Shown here: piece after piece, positions 29,755 through 40,051 of the stretch
How positions within the stretch are numbered: the first letter of the stretch is position 1
How the letters are laid out: each line of letters begins with the position of its first letter
From: Candidatus Latescibacterota bacterium
GTDB taxonomy: Bacteria; Latescibacterota; UBA2968; UBA8231
Assembly (NCBI GenBank): GCA_965215195.1
Contig: CBDCDC010000002.1
Location: forward strand, 1,760,001-1,824,000
Length of the DNA stretch: 64,000 nt
Reading direction: 5' to 3'
Made by a program: the position numbers and the translations under genes
Notes under the pieces: generated by a model
Database searches by the model: none
Told to the model about the DNA's origin: nothing
The model's input: only the letters and a program-made list of their open reading frames with translations

Positions 29755-30252
29755 ATGAGCATGGGGATCGCACTGGTGCTGGTGTTGGGGGGGTGCTTTG
29801 CCGCAGAGGACGGGCCGAGCGGCGCAGTGGACGTGCTGCGCAGCGAGGTAGAGTTTGTCGAAGACGCGGGGCTGGAGGGCAGCGTGGCGATCGACAGCTT
29901 GACTTGGTGGCCGCTTTTGCCGCAGCCGGGATTCGGACAAACAGCGGAAGTCGAGGGAGTCTTTGCGGCCGTGTTTCGCAATGTCGGCGAAGCCACCGCG
30001 TGGGTGCGCTACGACTTGCGGTTTTTCGACCCAGAGGAATTTCTAATCGACGCGTTTATACCCATTGGGCAGCCGGTCGTCCTCAGCGCTGGGGAAGTGC
30101 GCCGCGTGGAGGGAGATTTTCTAATCCGCACCGACGACCCGCGCGATTTTGCGCGGCTCGCCCTGATGAGGCTGGTGGCTCGCATCAGGCACCCCGTAGT
30201 CGCCCCTAGAAGGCCACAAACCCCCCGCACACGGGAATGCACTGGCCGGTGA
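29755..30252 (+). CDS. Hypothetical lipoprotein
   Basis: Signal peptide ending in lipobox LGGC. Confidence 0.55.
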   Translation: MSMGIALVLVLGGCFAAEDGPSGAVDVLRSEVEFVEDAGLEGSVAIDSLTWWPLLPQPGFGQTAEVEGVFAAVFRNVGEATAWVRYDLRFFDPEEFLIDAFIPIGQPVVLSAGEVRRVEGDFLIRTDDPRDFARLALMRLVARIRHPVVAPRRPQTPRTRECTGR

Positions 30253-31003
30253 CGTAATCCGACAGCTCGGACGCCAAAAACTCCACCACCCGAGCGCAGT
30301 CTTCGGGCGTGCCCAAGCGGCCGAGGGGAATCTGCGGCTCTAAGTGCCGGCGCGATTCCTCGCTGTTGCGGCCTTGGGCCACGGCGCGGGAAGACAAAAT
30401 TAGGCCCGGGGCGATGCAGTTGACATAGATGCCATAAGGCCCGAGCTCAGCCGCGAGCACCCGCGTGTAGTGGACGATGCCGGCCTTGGCCACTTTGTAG
30501 GGCATACCGCCGCCGTCGCGCCCGCTCCACAAGCCCGCTTGCGAGGCCACGTTGACGATTTTGCCGCACCGGGCCTCCTTCATCGCCGCGCTGACCGCTT
30601 GGCAGCAGTGGATGGTGGCGGTGAGGTTGATGTCCATTATGTAGCGGTAGTGGGCTTCCCCAGCCAAGGACGCGGCTTGTTCCTCGTGCGAGCGCAAGTT
30701 GCCGCCGGCATTGTTGACGAGTATGTCGATGCGGCCAAAAGTATCAAGTGCCTCGGCGACCAAGGCATCCACAGCACGGCGGTCGGTGACATCTGCGGCA
30801 ATGCCCACGGCGCACCGGCCGAGGTTGGCGACTTCGGCTTCCACGGTCTCGGCCGTGAGTTCTTCGCCGTATTCGCGGGCGGCCTGCAGGTCTATGTCGG
30901 CGATGACAATGTCCGCGCCCAAGCGGGCGAGATGGAGGACGTAGGCGCGGCCCAAGCCGCGCGCCCCACCTGTGATGAGAGCTACCTTGCCTGCGAGCGA
31001 CAT
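30206..31003 (-). CDS. SDR oxidoreductase
   Basis: TGGARGLG, NNAG, YKVAK. Confidence 0.9.
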   Translation of the reverse strand: MSLAGKVALITGGARGLGRAYVLHLARLGADIVIADIDLQAAREYGEELTAETVEAEVANLGRCAVGIAADVTDRRAVDALVAEALDTFGRIDILVNNAGGNLRSHEEQAASLAGEAHYRYIMDINLTATIHCCQAVSAAMKEARCGKIVNVASQAGLWSGRDGGGMPYKVAKAGIVHYTRVLAAELGPYGIYVNCIAPGLILSSRAVAQGRNSEESRRHLEPQIPLGRLGTPEDCARVVEFLASELSDYVTGQCIPVCGGFVAF

Positions 31004-31127
31004 GGAAAATCTCCTTTTAGACCAAATAATTAGGCCATGAGGCCGGTCGTCGGCAACCAACAACGGGCTGGGGGAATTGGGAAAACTTGCATGGGAAGAT
31101 TAGGTGCTGACGAGTAAACGATAGCAG

Positions 31128-31259
31128 CTTAGTACCCGACCCCTAAAGTAGGCGACCCTTACTTTGAGTACGCCTTTTCTGCGGTTTCCGCTGGGTGCGG
31201 GATCGAGGGCGTCCCGCCCTCGATCCTGGGCCGGCTGAGGGCTGGTGTCGGGTAGTAAG
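31128..31259. mobile_element. MITE copy 4 (132 bp, subfamily B)
   Basis: CTTAGTACCCGAC ... GTCGGGTAGTAAG; perfect TSD CGATAGCAG. Confidence 0.88.
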
Positions 31260-31458
31260 CGATAGCAGAAAGCGATCGAATGGAAGAGGCCAACAGAGGA
31301 TGCGGTCGGCGCAAGCGGCCCTTGGCTACCCGTGCCAGCGGGCGCGGAGATTGCCTGATGATTACGGTGCGCGCAAGCATCTTCTCGGTTGCCCTGCTAT
31401 GGACAAACAGCCGCGCTGGGGCGCAGGCGAATCTGGTAGGTTCTTGGGAGGGCTGCCT

Positions 31459-32451
31459 TCACCGTTGAGGCCGTGCGGTTGGCGACGGCCGTGGCAGAGG
31501 TGTCTCGTCTCGCAGGCCCGCCAAAATAGCTGTCGCAAGCTCCATAGTAGCTATGGCCTCGTCCAAGTCCGCAGCCGGCGGGCCCATGGGGCGACCGTCC
31601 CGGATGCAGTCGAAGAAGTGGGCGGCTTGGGCTAGGGTGCTGTCTGGGCCGGCCTTTTGCAAGTGCTTGCGCTTTCCGTCGCAGACTAGCTCGCAGGTGG
31701 AAATCCCCTCTAAATAGGCCGAGATGTCGCGGCCGTGGATTTCGTAGCGCTCTAAGCGGGCGTCGGTGGTGTAGTTGGCGCAGATCTGGGCGACGCAGTC
31801 GTTTTCAAAGACGACCAATGCGGCGTGGACGTCCTTGTACTCGGATGTGCGCCGGACGAAGCTCTCGACTTCGGCGACCGGCGCTCCCCCCAAGTGGCGC
31901 ACCAAGTCAATCGCGTGGATCGGGCTTTCGAGCAGCATGTTGTCCATGACGATTGCGGGAAAGCGGCCGGCCGCAGCAAAACGGCTCATGCTCTTGTGGA
32001 ACTCGCCGACTAGCTGGTAGATCGGGCCGCGGGCCGCGATCGCCTCGTGCGCTTGCCGCACCAGCGAATCGAAGCGGCGATTCCAGCCGACCATGCCGCG
32101 CGCACCGCTGGCCTCGGCCGCCTCTTTGAGCGCACGGGTCTGGGCCAAGCTCATACCCGGCGGCTTTTCCAGCAGGGTGTCGATGCCCCGCTCCAAGCAC
32201 GGCAGGGCCGCTTCGGCGTTGAGATGGGCCGGGGTAGCCACAATAGCAGCGGCCAATTCCTCGGCGTCGAGCATGGCCGCGACATCCGCGTAGCGGCGCT
32301 CGACGCCCCACTCAGCACCCACCTGTTCGCGGTTTGCCGCAACCGGGTCGCAGACGGCGACCAACTCGACGTCCGCCAGCGCGTGCAGAGCGCGTCCGTG
32401 GCCGCGACCGCGGCCGCCGCAGCCGATTAATCCAACAGGTATATTCGCCAT
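31459..32451 (-). CDS. Gfo/Idh/MocA oxidoreductase
   Basis: IGCGG, EKPPG, NRRF, IHAID. Confidence 0.9.
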   Translation of the reverse strand: MANIPVGLIGCGGRGRGHGRALHALADVELVAVCDPVAANREQVGAEWGVERRYADVAAMLDAEELAAAIVATPAHLNAEAALPCLERGIDTLLEKPPGMSLAQTRALKEAAEASGARGMVGWNRRFDSLVRQAHEAIAARGPIYQLVGEFHKSMSRFAAAGRFPAIVMDNMLLESPIHAIDLVRHLGGAPVAEVESFVRRTSEYKDVHAALVVFENDCVAQICANYTTDARLERYEIHGRDISAYLEGISTCELVCDGKRKHLQKAGPDSTLAQAAHFFDCIRDGRPMGPPAADLDEAIATMELATAILAGLRDETPLPRPSPTARPQR

Positions 32452-32533
32452 AGCTAGCTCCTTGTCTGTGGATCCTGAGCACCGAATAACGCGGCCCAGC
32501 CCAAAGGAATAGAGCCGCGCCTTTTCGGAGTGC

Positions 32534-35500
32534 TCAGGCTGGGGCCTCCGCCCGAGCCAGCAGCTCGGCGAAGTCGTAGTTGACGCTGGTGACGCCAAAG
32601 TCGGGTTCGCGCTGGAAGGGGCGGCGCAGATAGCGTACGCGGTAACTGCCATCGTCCAAAAACTCGACTATCGCGAGAATGAAGTCGTCGGGTTTATTGA
32701 GGCTGTAGAGAATTTCGTTTTTGGTCACCGTGATGGTCGCTGCCCCGCTTGCGCGGCCCTTAACTTCGATGAAGCGCAGCCGCCCCGTGCCGGGCACCCG
32801 AGACTCGATATCGTAGCCGAGTTTGTCAAACTCCCGATCCGTTGGCTCATAGCCGAGGCCGCGTTCTACCTCCATGACAATAGCCCGCGCCCGGGCAGCA
32901 ACCTCCTGCGTATCCACAGGTGCTCGGCGTCCCGCCATAGCGTTCACTAGTCCTTGCGGCACCACTAGCAAGCCGCCGCGCACTACTGGCGGTAACGGCG
33001 AAAGCTGTGCTTCAAGTTGCAGTTCCCGTAGCCTCTTGTGCAGCCGGGCCTGCAACGCATCGGCTCGTTTGCGCGCTTGGTCCGAGTTCAGCCGCGCACC
33101 ACTCGCGCCGGCCTGCTCCTGTAGCTTGAGCTGTTCAGCGCGGTGATCCCAGTAGGAGATTTCCTTGGTCAGACGGTCTTGGACCGCGGCCTCGGTCTTG
33201 GCAATCAACGCCAGCTTGGGATCGCGGACTTGGGCTAGATGCTCGGGGACGACGTGCGCCACGGCATAGGCTTGCGCCTGCTGCTCCATTTCTCGGTTGA
33301 TCCACGCGCATTCCGGCCGCTCCAAAATGGCCTCAACCCTAGGTTCGTCTGGGGCCAGGGGTCGATAGTCCAAGTAGGGGGCGTAGTGGAGGGGGCGCGT
33401 GTTGCCAGCCGCGTCGATTTCAACGTAGAGCATCTGCTTGGAGACAATTCGGCGGTCGCCGGCCCGCGTCCGGCCCGCGTCTTGAATGGCGTGTTCGAGG
33501 TAGAAAAGCACTCGCGGTGTCTGCCCCGGATCGCGCTCGTCAATCAGCACTGCTCCGCGCTTGAGCAGATCGCGGTGCTGCTCAAGCGTCAAGTCGAGGA
33601 CGGCGTCCAGCAAAGGGTGTCCCGGGCAGACGAACGCCGCCGCTGGCTGGCCCGGCAGCGCGACTAGGGATTTGTCGAAGGCGATCCGTTCATAGCGGGG
33701 GAGTACCGACGTGCTTTGGTTGCGGACCAGCGCGGGGACACGCGCAACCTCGTAGCGGCACGACTCGCGCTGCCGTACCGATCCATTGATTCGCTGGAAC
33801 GCCTCTAAAAAAAATGCCTCAATGTAATGCGGCTGTAGGCGGCGTGCCTCGGCCCGCTCCATCTCTTCGCGAACCCTCTGCAAGCGGCTAGCATCCATAG
33901 CATCATGGACGAGTTGCCGCTCCGCTAGCAAGTCTTGCAACGCGCTGTGGTCAAGCGCCTGATCGACCGCCGTGTCGAGACGTGCGCGAACTGCTGGCTG
34001 CTCGCCATAGCGAATGGCTTCAAGCAGGAGATCCCGCAACGGTCGGCCCTCGAATTCGAGCTTGCCGAGCACGTCAAATACCTGACCACCGAGGGCCTGC
34101 CGCGCCTGTTCTAGCTTGGTTAGCAGGCGCTGGTACACGTCGCCCTCGCGGGTCTCGTCCGCGACCAGGTTCCACAGGTGGCACACTTCCGTCTGGCCAA
34201 TTCGGTGGATGCGGCCGAAGCGCTGCTCTAGGCGGTTCGGGTTCCAAGGGAGGTCATAGTTGACCATCAGATGCGCCCGCTGGAGGTTGATTCCTTCGCC
34301 AGCGGCATCGGTAGCCAGTAGCACCTGTACCGCTGGGTCGTGGCGGAAGGCTTCCTGCGCTTGATGGCGGTCCGCGCGGGCCATGCCCCCGTGAACGACC
34401 ACTACCGACTCCGCACGTCCAAGCAAAGTGGTGATGCGGTTTTGCAGATAGTGGAGCGTATCGCGGTGCTCCGTAAAGAGCACCAGCTTCTGCGCCGGGG
34501 AGGGCACTGGACGCGGGATCGCACCACTGCCGTAGGGCGTTGTCGGCTCTCCGATCCTGCCTTTTATGCCGGACGCCGTAAAAATCTCACTGAGTAGGCT
34601 TGCGAGTTCCCGCCACTTTGCGTCTCCACTGCGGCGCCGGACGTCGAGCGCACGACTTTCCAGCATCTTCAGAGTTTCGATTTCCGCCTTCAGTTCGGCG
34701 CTGGAGCGGGCGGCGGTCGCTTGGTCGAGGATGCTCGTTTCGGTGGCTTGGACCTCGTGCTCTGGTGCGTCGTCGAGATCTTCGATGTCTTCGGCATCAA
34801 GCTCCAAGGTTGTGGTCGAGCCGGAACGCCGGGATTCCTCCAACTCGCACCGGCGAGTCTCCAAACGCCCTCGCCGTCGGCGTAGCGACTGGTAGATCGC
34901 CTCGGGAGACGAAGCGAGCCGCCGCTGGAGGATCGTCAGGGCGAAGCCGACCGCAGCCCGCTTGGCATTGGCGAGTGCGTCCGCCCGATTGAACTCCTCC
35001 CGCACATAGTCGGTGACCGCCTCGTAAAGCTGGGCTTCCGCCTCTGAGAGCCGGTACGGCACCGCGTAGGCGATGCGCTCGGGGAACAGCGGCTTACCAT
35101 CGAACTTGAGCAGCCGCTCCTTGACCATGCGCCGCATCAGGTCCGAGACATCGCTCACGTGGACGCCATCGCGGAAGCGGCCTTCAAAGCGGTCGCTGTC
35201 GAGCAGCGCCATGAAGAGCTGGAAGTCCTCTTCCTTGCCGTTGTGCGGCGTCGCCGTCATCAGCAGGAAGTGGCGCGTCAGCCCGGACAGAAGCTGCCCC
35301 AGCCGATAGCGCTTGGTGTAGCGGATCTCGCCCCCGAAGAAACGGGCCGACATCTTGTGCGCCTCGTCGCATACCACCAGATCCCAGCCAGCGTCCGGAG
35401 CTTGCAGCTTCTGTTGCACCTGTTCGTCGCGCGCTAGTTTGTCGAGGCGGGCGATGACGAGGTTGGCTTCGAGTTTGTCGTTGGTCATAATCTCAAAGGG

Positions 35501-36028
35501 CAACTGGAAACGCTGGTAGAGTTCGTCCTGCCATTGCTCGGCGAGGCTACCGGGGCAGACGATGAGGCACCGTTCGAGATCGCCGCGGGCGATCAGCTCT
35601 CTGATGAGGAGGCCGGCCATGATGGTCTTACCGGCACCCGGGTCATCGGCGAGGAGGAAGCGCAGCGGCTGGCGCGGCAGCATGGATTCGTACACCGCGG
35701 CGATCTGATGGGGCAATGGCTCAACGACCGAAGTGTGGACTGCCAACACGGGATCGAACAGATGCGCGAGGCGGATGCGTAGGGCCTCAGACACCAGCCG
35801 GAACAGGGCACCGTCGCCGTCAAAGCGCCACGGCGGCCCCTGTTCGACCACTTCGAGCCGCGCCTCGTCGGAGCGGTAGAGCAGCTCATTGGCCACCTTG
35901 CCGTCCGGCGTCTTGTAGGTCAGTTCTAGGGCTTCTGAGCCAAACCACTGCACGCTGACGACCACCACGAGGCCATCGGTGAGAATGCCGCTCACTGCGG
36001 CGTTAGGCTGGAGGTCTTCAAGCGTCAC
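32534..36028 (-). CDS. SNF2-family helicase with C-terminal DUF3883 nuclease
   Basis: ADDPGAGKT, DEAH, TATPH, EGINLQ, QRFGRIHRIGQ; GYDIES...FIEVKGR. Confidence 0.93.
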   Translation of the reverse strand: MTLEDLQPNAAVSGILTDGLVVVVSVQWFGSEALELTYKTPDGKVANELLYRSDEARLEVVEQGPPWRFDGDGALFRLVSEALRIRLAHLFDPVLAVHTSVVEPLPHQIAAVYESMLPRQPLRFLLADDPGAGKTIMAGLLIRELIARGDLERCLIVCPGSLAEQWQDELYQRFQLPFEIMTNDKLEANLVIARLDKLARDEQVQQKLQAPDAGWDLVVCDEAHKMSARFFGGEIRYTKRYRLGQLLSGLTRHFLLMTATPHNGKEEDFQLFMALLDSDRFEGRFRDGVHVSDVSDLMRRMVKERLLKFDGKPLFPERIAYAVPYRLSEAEAQLYEAVTDYVREEFNRADALANAKRAAVGFALTILQRRLASSPEAIYQSLRRRRGRLETRRCELEESRRSGSTTTLELDAEDIEDLDDAPEHEVQATETSILDQATAARSSAELKAEIETLKMLESRALDVRRRSGDAKWRELASLLSEIFTASGIKGRIGEPTTPYGSGAIPRPVPSPAQKLVLFTEHRDTLHYLQNRITTLLGRAESVVVVHGGMARADRHQAQEAFRHDPAVQVLLATDAAGEGINLQRAHLMVNYDLPWNPNRLEQRFGRIHRIGQTEVCHLWNLVADETREGDVYQRLLTKLEQARQALGGQVFDVLGKLEFEGRPLRDLLLEAIRYGEQPAVRARLDTAVDQALDHSALQDLLAERQLVHDAMDASRLQRVREEMERAEARRLQPHYIEAFFLEAFQRINGSVRQRESCRYEVARVPALVRNQSTSVLPRYERIAFDKSLVALPGQPAAAFVCPGHPLLDAVLDLTLEQHRDLLKRGAVLIDERDPGQTPRVLFYLEHAIQDAGRTRAGDRRIVSKQMLYVEIDAAGNTRPLHYAPYLDYRPLAPDEPRVEAILERPECAWINREMEQQAQAYAVAHVVPEHLAQVRDPKLALIAKTEAAVQDRLTKEISYWDHRAEQLKLQEQAGASGARLNSDQARKRADALQARLHKRLRELQLEAQLSPLPPVVRGGLLVVPQGLVNAMAGRRAPVDTQEVAARARAIVMEVERGLGYEPTDREFDKLGYDIESRVPGTGRLRFIEVKGRASGAATITVTKNEILYSLNKPDDFILAIVEFLDDGSYRVRYLRRPFQREPDFGVTSVNYDFAELLARAEAPA

Positions 36029-36036
36029 TCCCGACC

Positions 36037-36168
36037 CTAACTACACGACACCTAAAGTAGGCGACCCTTACTTTGAGTACGCATTTTCTGCGGTTTCCGC
36101 TGGGTGCGGGATCGAGGGCCAGATGCCCTCGATCCTTGGCAGGCTGAGGGCTGGTGTCGTGTAGTAAG
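36037..36168. mobile_element. MITE copy 5 (132 bp, subfamily B)
   Basis: CTAACTACACGACACC ... GGTGTCGTGTAGTAAG; perfect TSD CTCCCGACC. Confidence 0.9.
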
Positions 36169-36176
36169 CTCCCGAC

Positions 36177-39100
36177 CTATTCCCGTTCAAAACCCTGATT
36201 GGAGAATTTGAGCGTCCGGCTGTTCTCGGTGACAGTACGCACGACGTGGTCCGGGGCACCCGAGGGGATTTCAGCTTCTATCTCCAAAGTCACGGTCACT
36301 TTTGCCCCTACCAAGCCGGCGAGATGGGCAATGACCTCATCGGCGATCTGGCTCGCATCGCGACCGACGCGGGTGGCATCAAGGGCCACGGCCCCGTGAA
36401 AGCGCCGCGCTTTCTGCTCGGGTGGAGGGGGCGTTGGCACTGGACTGGTGCCATCACCGGCCGACGCGCTGACACCCTTCTCAGCGACGCCCGCCCCAGT
36501 TGCCGCTGGCGCGGCTTTCTGCTGTGCGATTGCGGCTTCAGGCTGGACCAGCAGCCCATCGCTTTCAGCACTAAGCAGGGGGACCTCACGGCCACAGCGG
36601 AGTCCGCGATAACGGCCTGTGGGCTCGTCAAAAGCATCGGCATAGGCGAACGATTCGTCTGTCCACAGGAGAAGACCCAACCCGTCTTGAATAGCTGCAA
36701 TGAGGACCTCTGGACCAGCGAGGCGGGGCAGGTACAGGTAGCGGGCAAAGTAGTCTGCCAACTGGCGGATTTCCACGTGATCGCCACCCCACAAGGGCAC
36801 GCGGTCGAGTTCCATTCGCAGGCGCGTGCCCGCAAGCACCGGTATCAACAGTTCTTCTGACCGCAGCTTCTTGCCGGCGCGCACGGCGAGCGGGTCTTGC
36901 CCAGCCAGCCGCAGAGCCTGCCACTCAACTGCCGCCTCGGGCGTGGACTGCACTGGCACGAGGAGCCACTGGTAGGCCTCTGGCAACCGTCCCACCACGG
37001 CACCATCCTCGGACTTCAACTGGTCTTCGGCCTGCCGCACCTGATGCGGGTCGAGATTCAGGGCTTCTTTGTCTTGCAAGATGGACGACCACGCCAAGTA
37101 GCGACGCACCGCTTCATCCAAGTCCTGCAGGCGAGTTTGGTCAACGACGAGGAAGACCAGCGTATTGCGGAAGAGGCGCGGGGTGTTGCCGCGATTTTCG
37201 AGCATGGCGGTGGCCGCGGCCTGCGCCTTGCTGTTTGACCCGCTGCTGTGCGGGTGCTCAGTCCCCAGCACCACTAGGCGAGCGTCCATGTCGTCGGGGA
37301 TATCAGCGCCGGATTGCGGCACCGTATGGATGCGCTGAAAGTCGCCCATGGCGCGCAGGTCGGCGCGCAACCGCTGCTCTATCTCGGCCACTACTGGTGC
37401 GGGATCGCGTCTGAATTGATCGGCCCGGTCTTCTGCCAGCTTGGTGACGGTCGGCTGCGTTGAGTACCAGTAGCGCGGGCCATCCTGATAGAGGAAGGTC
37501 GCCTGCGTACTCAGACGACGCAGGGCATCGCCAAAGATCGCCGATGTTTCGCCCGGCATTGCACAGCCGAGCTTGATCCGACGGTCCTCAAGGCCGCGAT
37601 TGGCCACCGAGGTCGTCGGCGCGGACCCGAGGTACACAGTGCGCGCCACCCGGCGGGTCGCCGAGAACTTGCCCAAGTTTGCCACCTCGCCGTCAATGCG
37701 CTGGGGCAGCGCATTCGGACCATCGACATCCGCCTCGATGATCGGCGTCCAGTTGTCGGACAGATAGCGGGTCAACTCGTTGCGGACGTGCGGATCGTCA
37801 ATGGGGATGTGGGCCGGCATGATCAGGGAGTTGCGGTCGCCGCGTTCCCACAGGCTGTGGATGACCGCGGCCATCAGACGCAGGACGCCGCGGGTGCGCT
37901 GGAATTTTACTAGCGCGGACCAGTCCGTATAGAGCCGGTCAAAGACTTCTGGATGGATCGGATAGGCGGCGCGCAGGCGGCGCTCGTAGTCGGCGTCCCG
38001 GCATTCGGCAGGGAACTCCTGCTGCTGGGCGCGGTAGAAGTCGGCAAAGGAGCGCGAGACATTGTCGCGGGCAGTGAATTGCTCGCGCTCGTTCAAGGAT
38101 TCAAATAGGCGGCGGCGCACGATCTCAAAGCCTTCTTCGGTGCTCGCTGGCGTCCAGGAGGATTCGACGCGGCCAATGACGTTCTTGAGTCGTGCCAGTG
38201 CCGCCCGGCCGCGGCGACCGCCGACTTCTTCGTCTTCACCTTGGACATGAGAAGAAGTCGTATCCGAGGAGGGCAAGCTGATCACCAGCAGACAACAATT
38301 CGCCGCTCGCGCGGATTCGGTCAAGGTCTGGGCAAAGCTAAAGTGGGTTTCAAAACTGCCGGCTGGCAGGTCGGCGTCGTCGTGCAACTGGCGGGCATAG
38401 GCGACCCATTCGTCGATCAGAATGAGGCACGGCCCGTATTCGTTCATCAATTCGCGGAGGGTGTCGCCCGGGCTGGTGGCGCGCTCGTCGTCCTGCCGCA
38501 CTTTGTCGAATGCCGCTCGCCCGCCAAGTTGCCAAGCCAGTTCGCCCCAAAGCGTCTTGACCACAGTGCCATCTTCCTTTGCCGACGGGTTGCCGGGCGA
38601 GATCTTGTTGCCGACCAGCACGACCCGTTTGACGCCATCGGGCCGGGCGGCGACTTCGGCTGACGCTATCAGGTCGTCGATGCCGAGCAACTCGCCGGTT
38701 GGCATGCCCGAGAATAGATGGTACAGGGCCAGCATGGAGTGGGTTTTGCCGCCGCCGAAGTTGGTCTGTAGCTCCACCACTGGATCGCCGCCGCGACCGC
38801 TCAGCCGCTGCATCGCTCCGCTGAGCAGGCCCTTCAGGCTTTCCGTCAGATAGGTGCGGCGAAAGAATTCTCTTGGGTTGCGATACTCATCCGTTCCTTC
38901 GCCGAGATAGACCTGCCACAGGTCTGCGGCGAACTCGGCCTGTTGGTAGCCGCCGCTGGCCACGTCCTGATGTGGGTTTACGACCTCGCGCCAAGGCTTC
39001 AGGCTGCCGGTGGCTTGGCTCTCAACGGTGGTGCCTGCGCCGCGCCGCCGCTGACTGCGCGCCTGCTCCTCAAAGACCAGACGGCGCAGCTCCATCTTCA

Positions 39101-39500
39101 TGCGATTGACCTCGTCTGCTTGCGGCGCGGAGACAGCCGTCAGCAGACGGGCAATAGAATCGAGGGCGCGGTCGGCGTCGTCGCTGGAGAAGCTGTCTTG
39201 GTGCGCCCACTTGTTGCGCTGGTCGCGGATTTCGCTGACGAGGCTGCGCTCGGCACGGCCCAGTACATTGCGGAACACGTCGTTCCACGTTTCCCACATG
39301 AGCTTGAGGAGTGCGGCTACATCCCACTGATCTACGGGCTTGTCGGTCAGGTTTGGATCATCGACAAAGCGCCGTATGGTATCCATGTGTACGCCACCGG
39401 CCTTGATTTTGTCTTGCACCTCGCGATCGACAAATGGGCCAAGCCCGTCCTTGAGGAGTTCGAGTGCTTTGCCGACGCGTTCTTGATTGGTAATGGCCAT
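36177..39500 (-). CDS. DUF499 AAA+ ATPase with N-terminal Swt1-like HEPN domain
   Basis: RNKWAH HEPN motif, EFAADL, FGGGKTH, LIDE, YPIHP, FQRTRGVLR. Confidence 0.92.
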   Translation of the reverse strand: MAITNQERVGKALELLKDGLGPFVDREVQDKIKAGGVHMDTIRRFVDDPNLTDKPVDQWDVAALLKLMWETWNDVFRNVLGRAERSLVSEIRDQRNKWAHQDSFSSDDADRALDSIARLLTAVSAPQADEVNRMKMELRRLVFEEQARSQRRRGAGTTVESQATGSLKPWREVVNPHQDVASGGYQQAEFAADLWQVYLGEGTDEYRNPREFFRRTYLTESLKGLLSGAMQRLSGRGGDPVVELQTNFGGGKTHSMLALYHLFSGMPTGELLGIDDLIASAEVAARPDGVKRVVLVGNKISPGNPSAKEDGTVVKTLWGELAWQLGGRAAFDKVRQDDERATSPGDTLRELMNEYGPCLILIDEWVAYARQLHDDADLPAGSFETHFSFAQTLTESARAANCCLLVISLPSSDTTSSHVQGEDEEVGGRRGRAALARLKNVIGRVESSWTPASTEEGFEIVRRRLFESLNEREQFTARDNVSRSFADFYRAQQQEFPAECRDADYERRLRAAYPIHPEVFDRLYTDWSALVKFQRTRGVLRLMAAVIHSLWERGDRNSLIMPAHIPIDDPHVRNELTRYLSDNWTPIIEADVDGPNALPQRIDGEVANLGKFSATRRVARTVYLGSAPTTSVANRGLEDRRIKLGCAMPGETSAIFGDALRRLSTQATFLYQDGPRYWYSTQPTVTKLAEDRADQFRRDPAPVVAEIEQRLRADLRAMGDFQRIHTVPQSGADIPDDMDARLVVLGTEHPHSSGSNSKAQAAATAMLENRGNTPRLFRNTLVFLVVDQTRLQDLDEAVRRYLAWSSILQDKEALNLDPHQVRQAEDQLKSEDGAVVGRLPEAYQWLLVPVQSTPEAAVEWQALRLAGQDPLAVRAGKKLRSEELLIPVLAGTRLRMELDRVPLWGGDHVEIRQLADYFARYLYLPRLAGPEVLIAAIQDGLGLLLWTDESFAYADAFDEPTGRYRGLRCGREVPLLSAESDGLLVQPEAAIAQQKAAPAATGAGVAEKGVSASAGDGTSPVPTPPPPEQKARRFHGAVALDATRVGRDASQIADEVIAHLAGLVGAKVTVTLEIEAEIPSGAPDHVVRTVTENSRTLKFSNQGFERE

Positions 39501-39559
39501 GGTCTTATTCCTTTGTTGTCTAGCACCGACAGCACGGGTACGCGCTGAGCAAATGTTTT

Positions 39560-40051
39560 TTAGTTTCCCTCGCCAGATAGTTCAAGTGCGTACTGTTTGA
39601 TTTCAGTAGATATCCACATACCGGCATCAATGAGTTGCTCGAGCACGGGGGCGATTTTTGGAATTAAGTTCTGTTCTTTAGCCCGCATCAAGATACCAAT
39701 GGTACCTATAATGTGTAACCCTAGTGTTTCAGCGGCATAGCGTGCATTCAGATCATCTAGGATAATTTGGTCAACCGATGTTTCTCTTGCCAATAGAATT
39801 GATGCACACTCACCATTGCCCAAGGATTTTAACTCAACTGGAATGGAATGACTAGCAGGTTTTTCAATGGTGATCCAAGAATAGTCCATTATGTTTGGAA
39901 CCGAATACCCCGTTGATCTCCCCCGATTCAATTCTCGTTCAACAGCATCAGCAACCAAAACTTCATCAAAGAGTGTCTGGAGAAGATCCAATTGATCAAT
40001 GCGAAAAAGGTATTGCAGTGCAGATGTATCAACCACGCATCTTTCTGGCAC
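39560..40051 (-). CDS. DUF3368/PIN-domain toxin-like protein
   Basis: VVDTS, LGNGE, ILDD..AR, GTIGIL. Confidence 0.85.
   Translation of the reverse strand: MPERCVVDTSALQYLFRIDQLDLLQTLFDEVLVADAVERELNRGRSTGYSVPNIMDYSWITIEKPASHSIPVELKSLGNGECASILLARETSVDQIILDDLNARYAAETLGLHIIGTIGILMRAKEQNLIPKIAPVLEQLIDAGMWISTEIKQYALELSGEGN

Noticed and set aside
31358-31468. Signal-peptide-like remnant MITVRASIFSVALLW...LVGSWEG
   Set aside because: Too short to support as a gene or pseudogene
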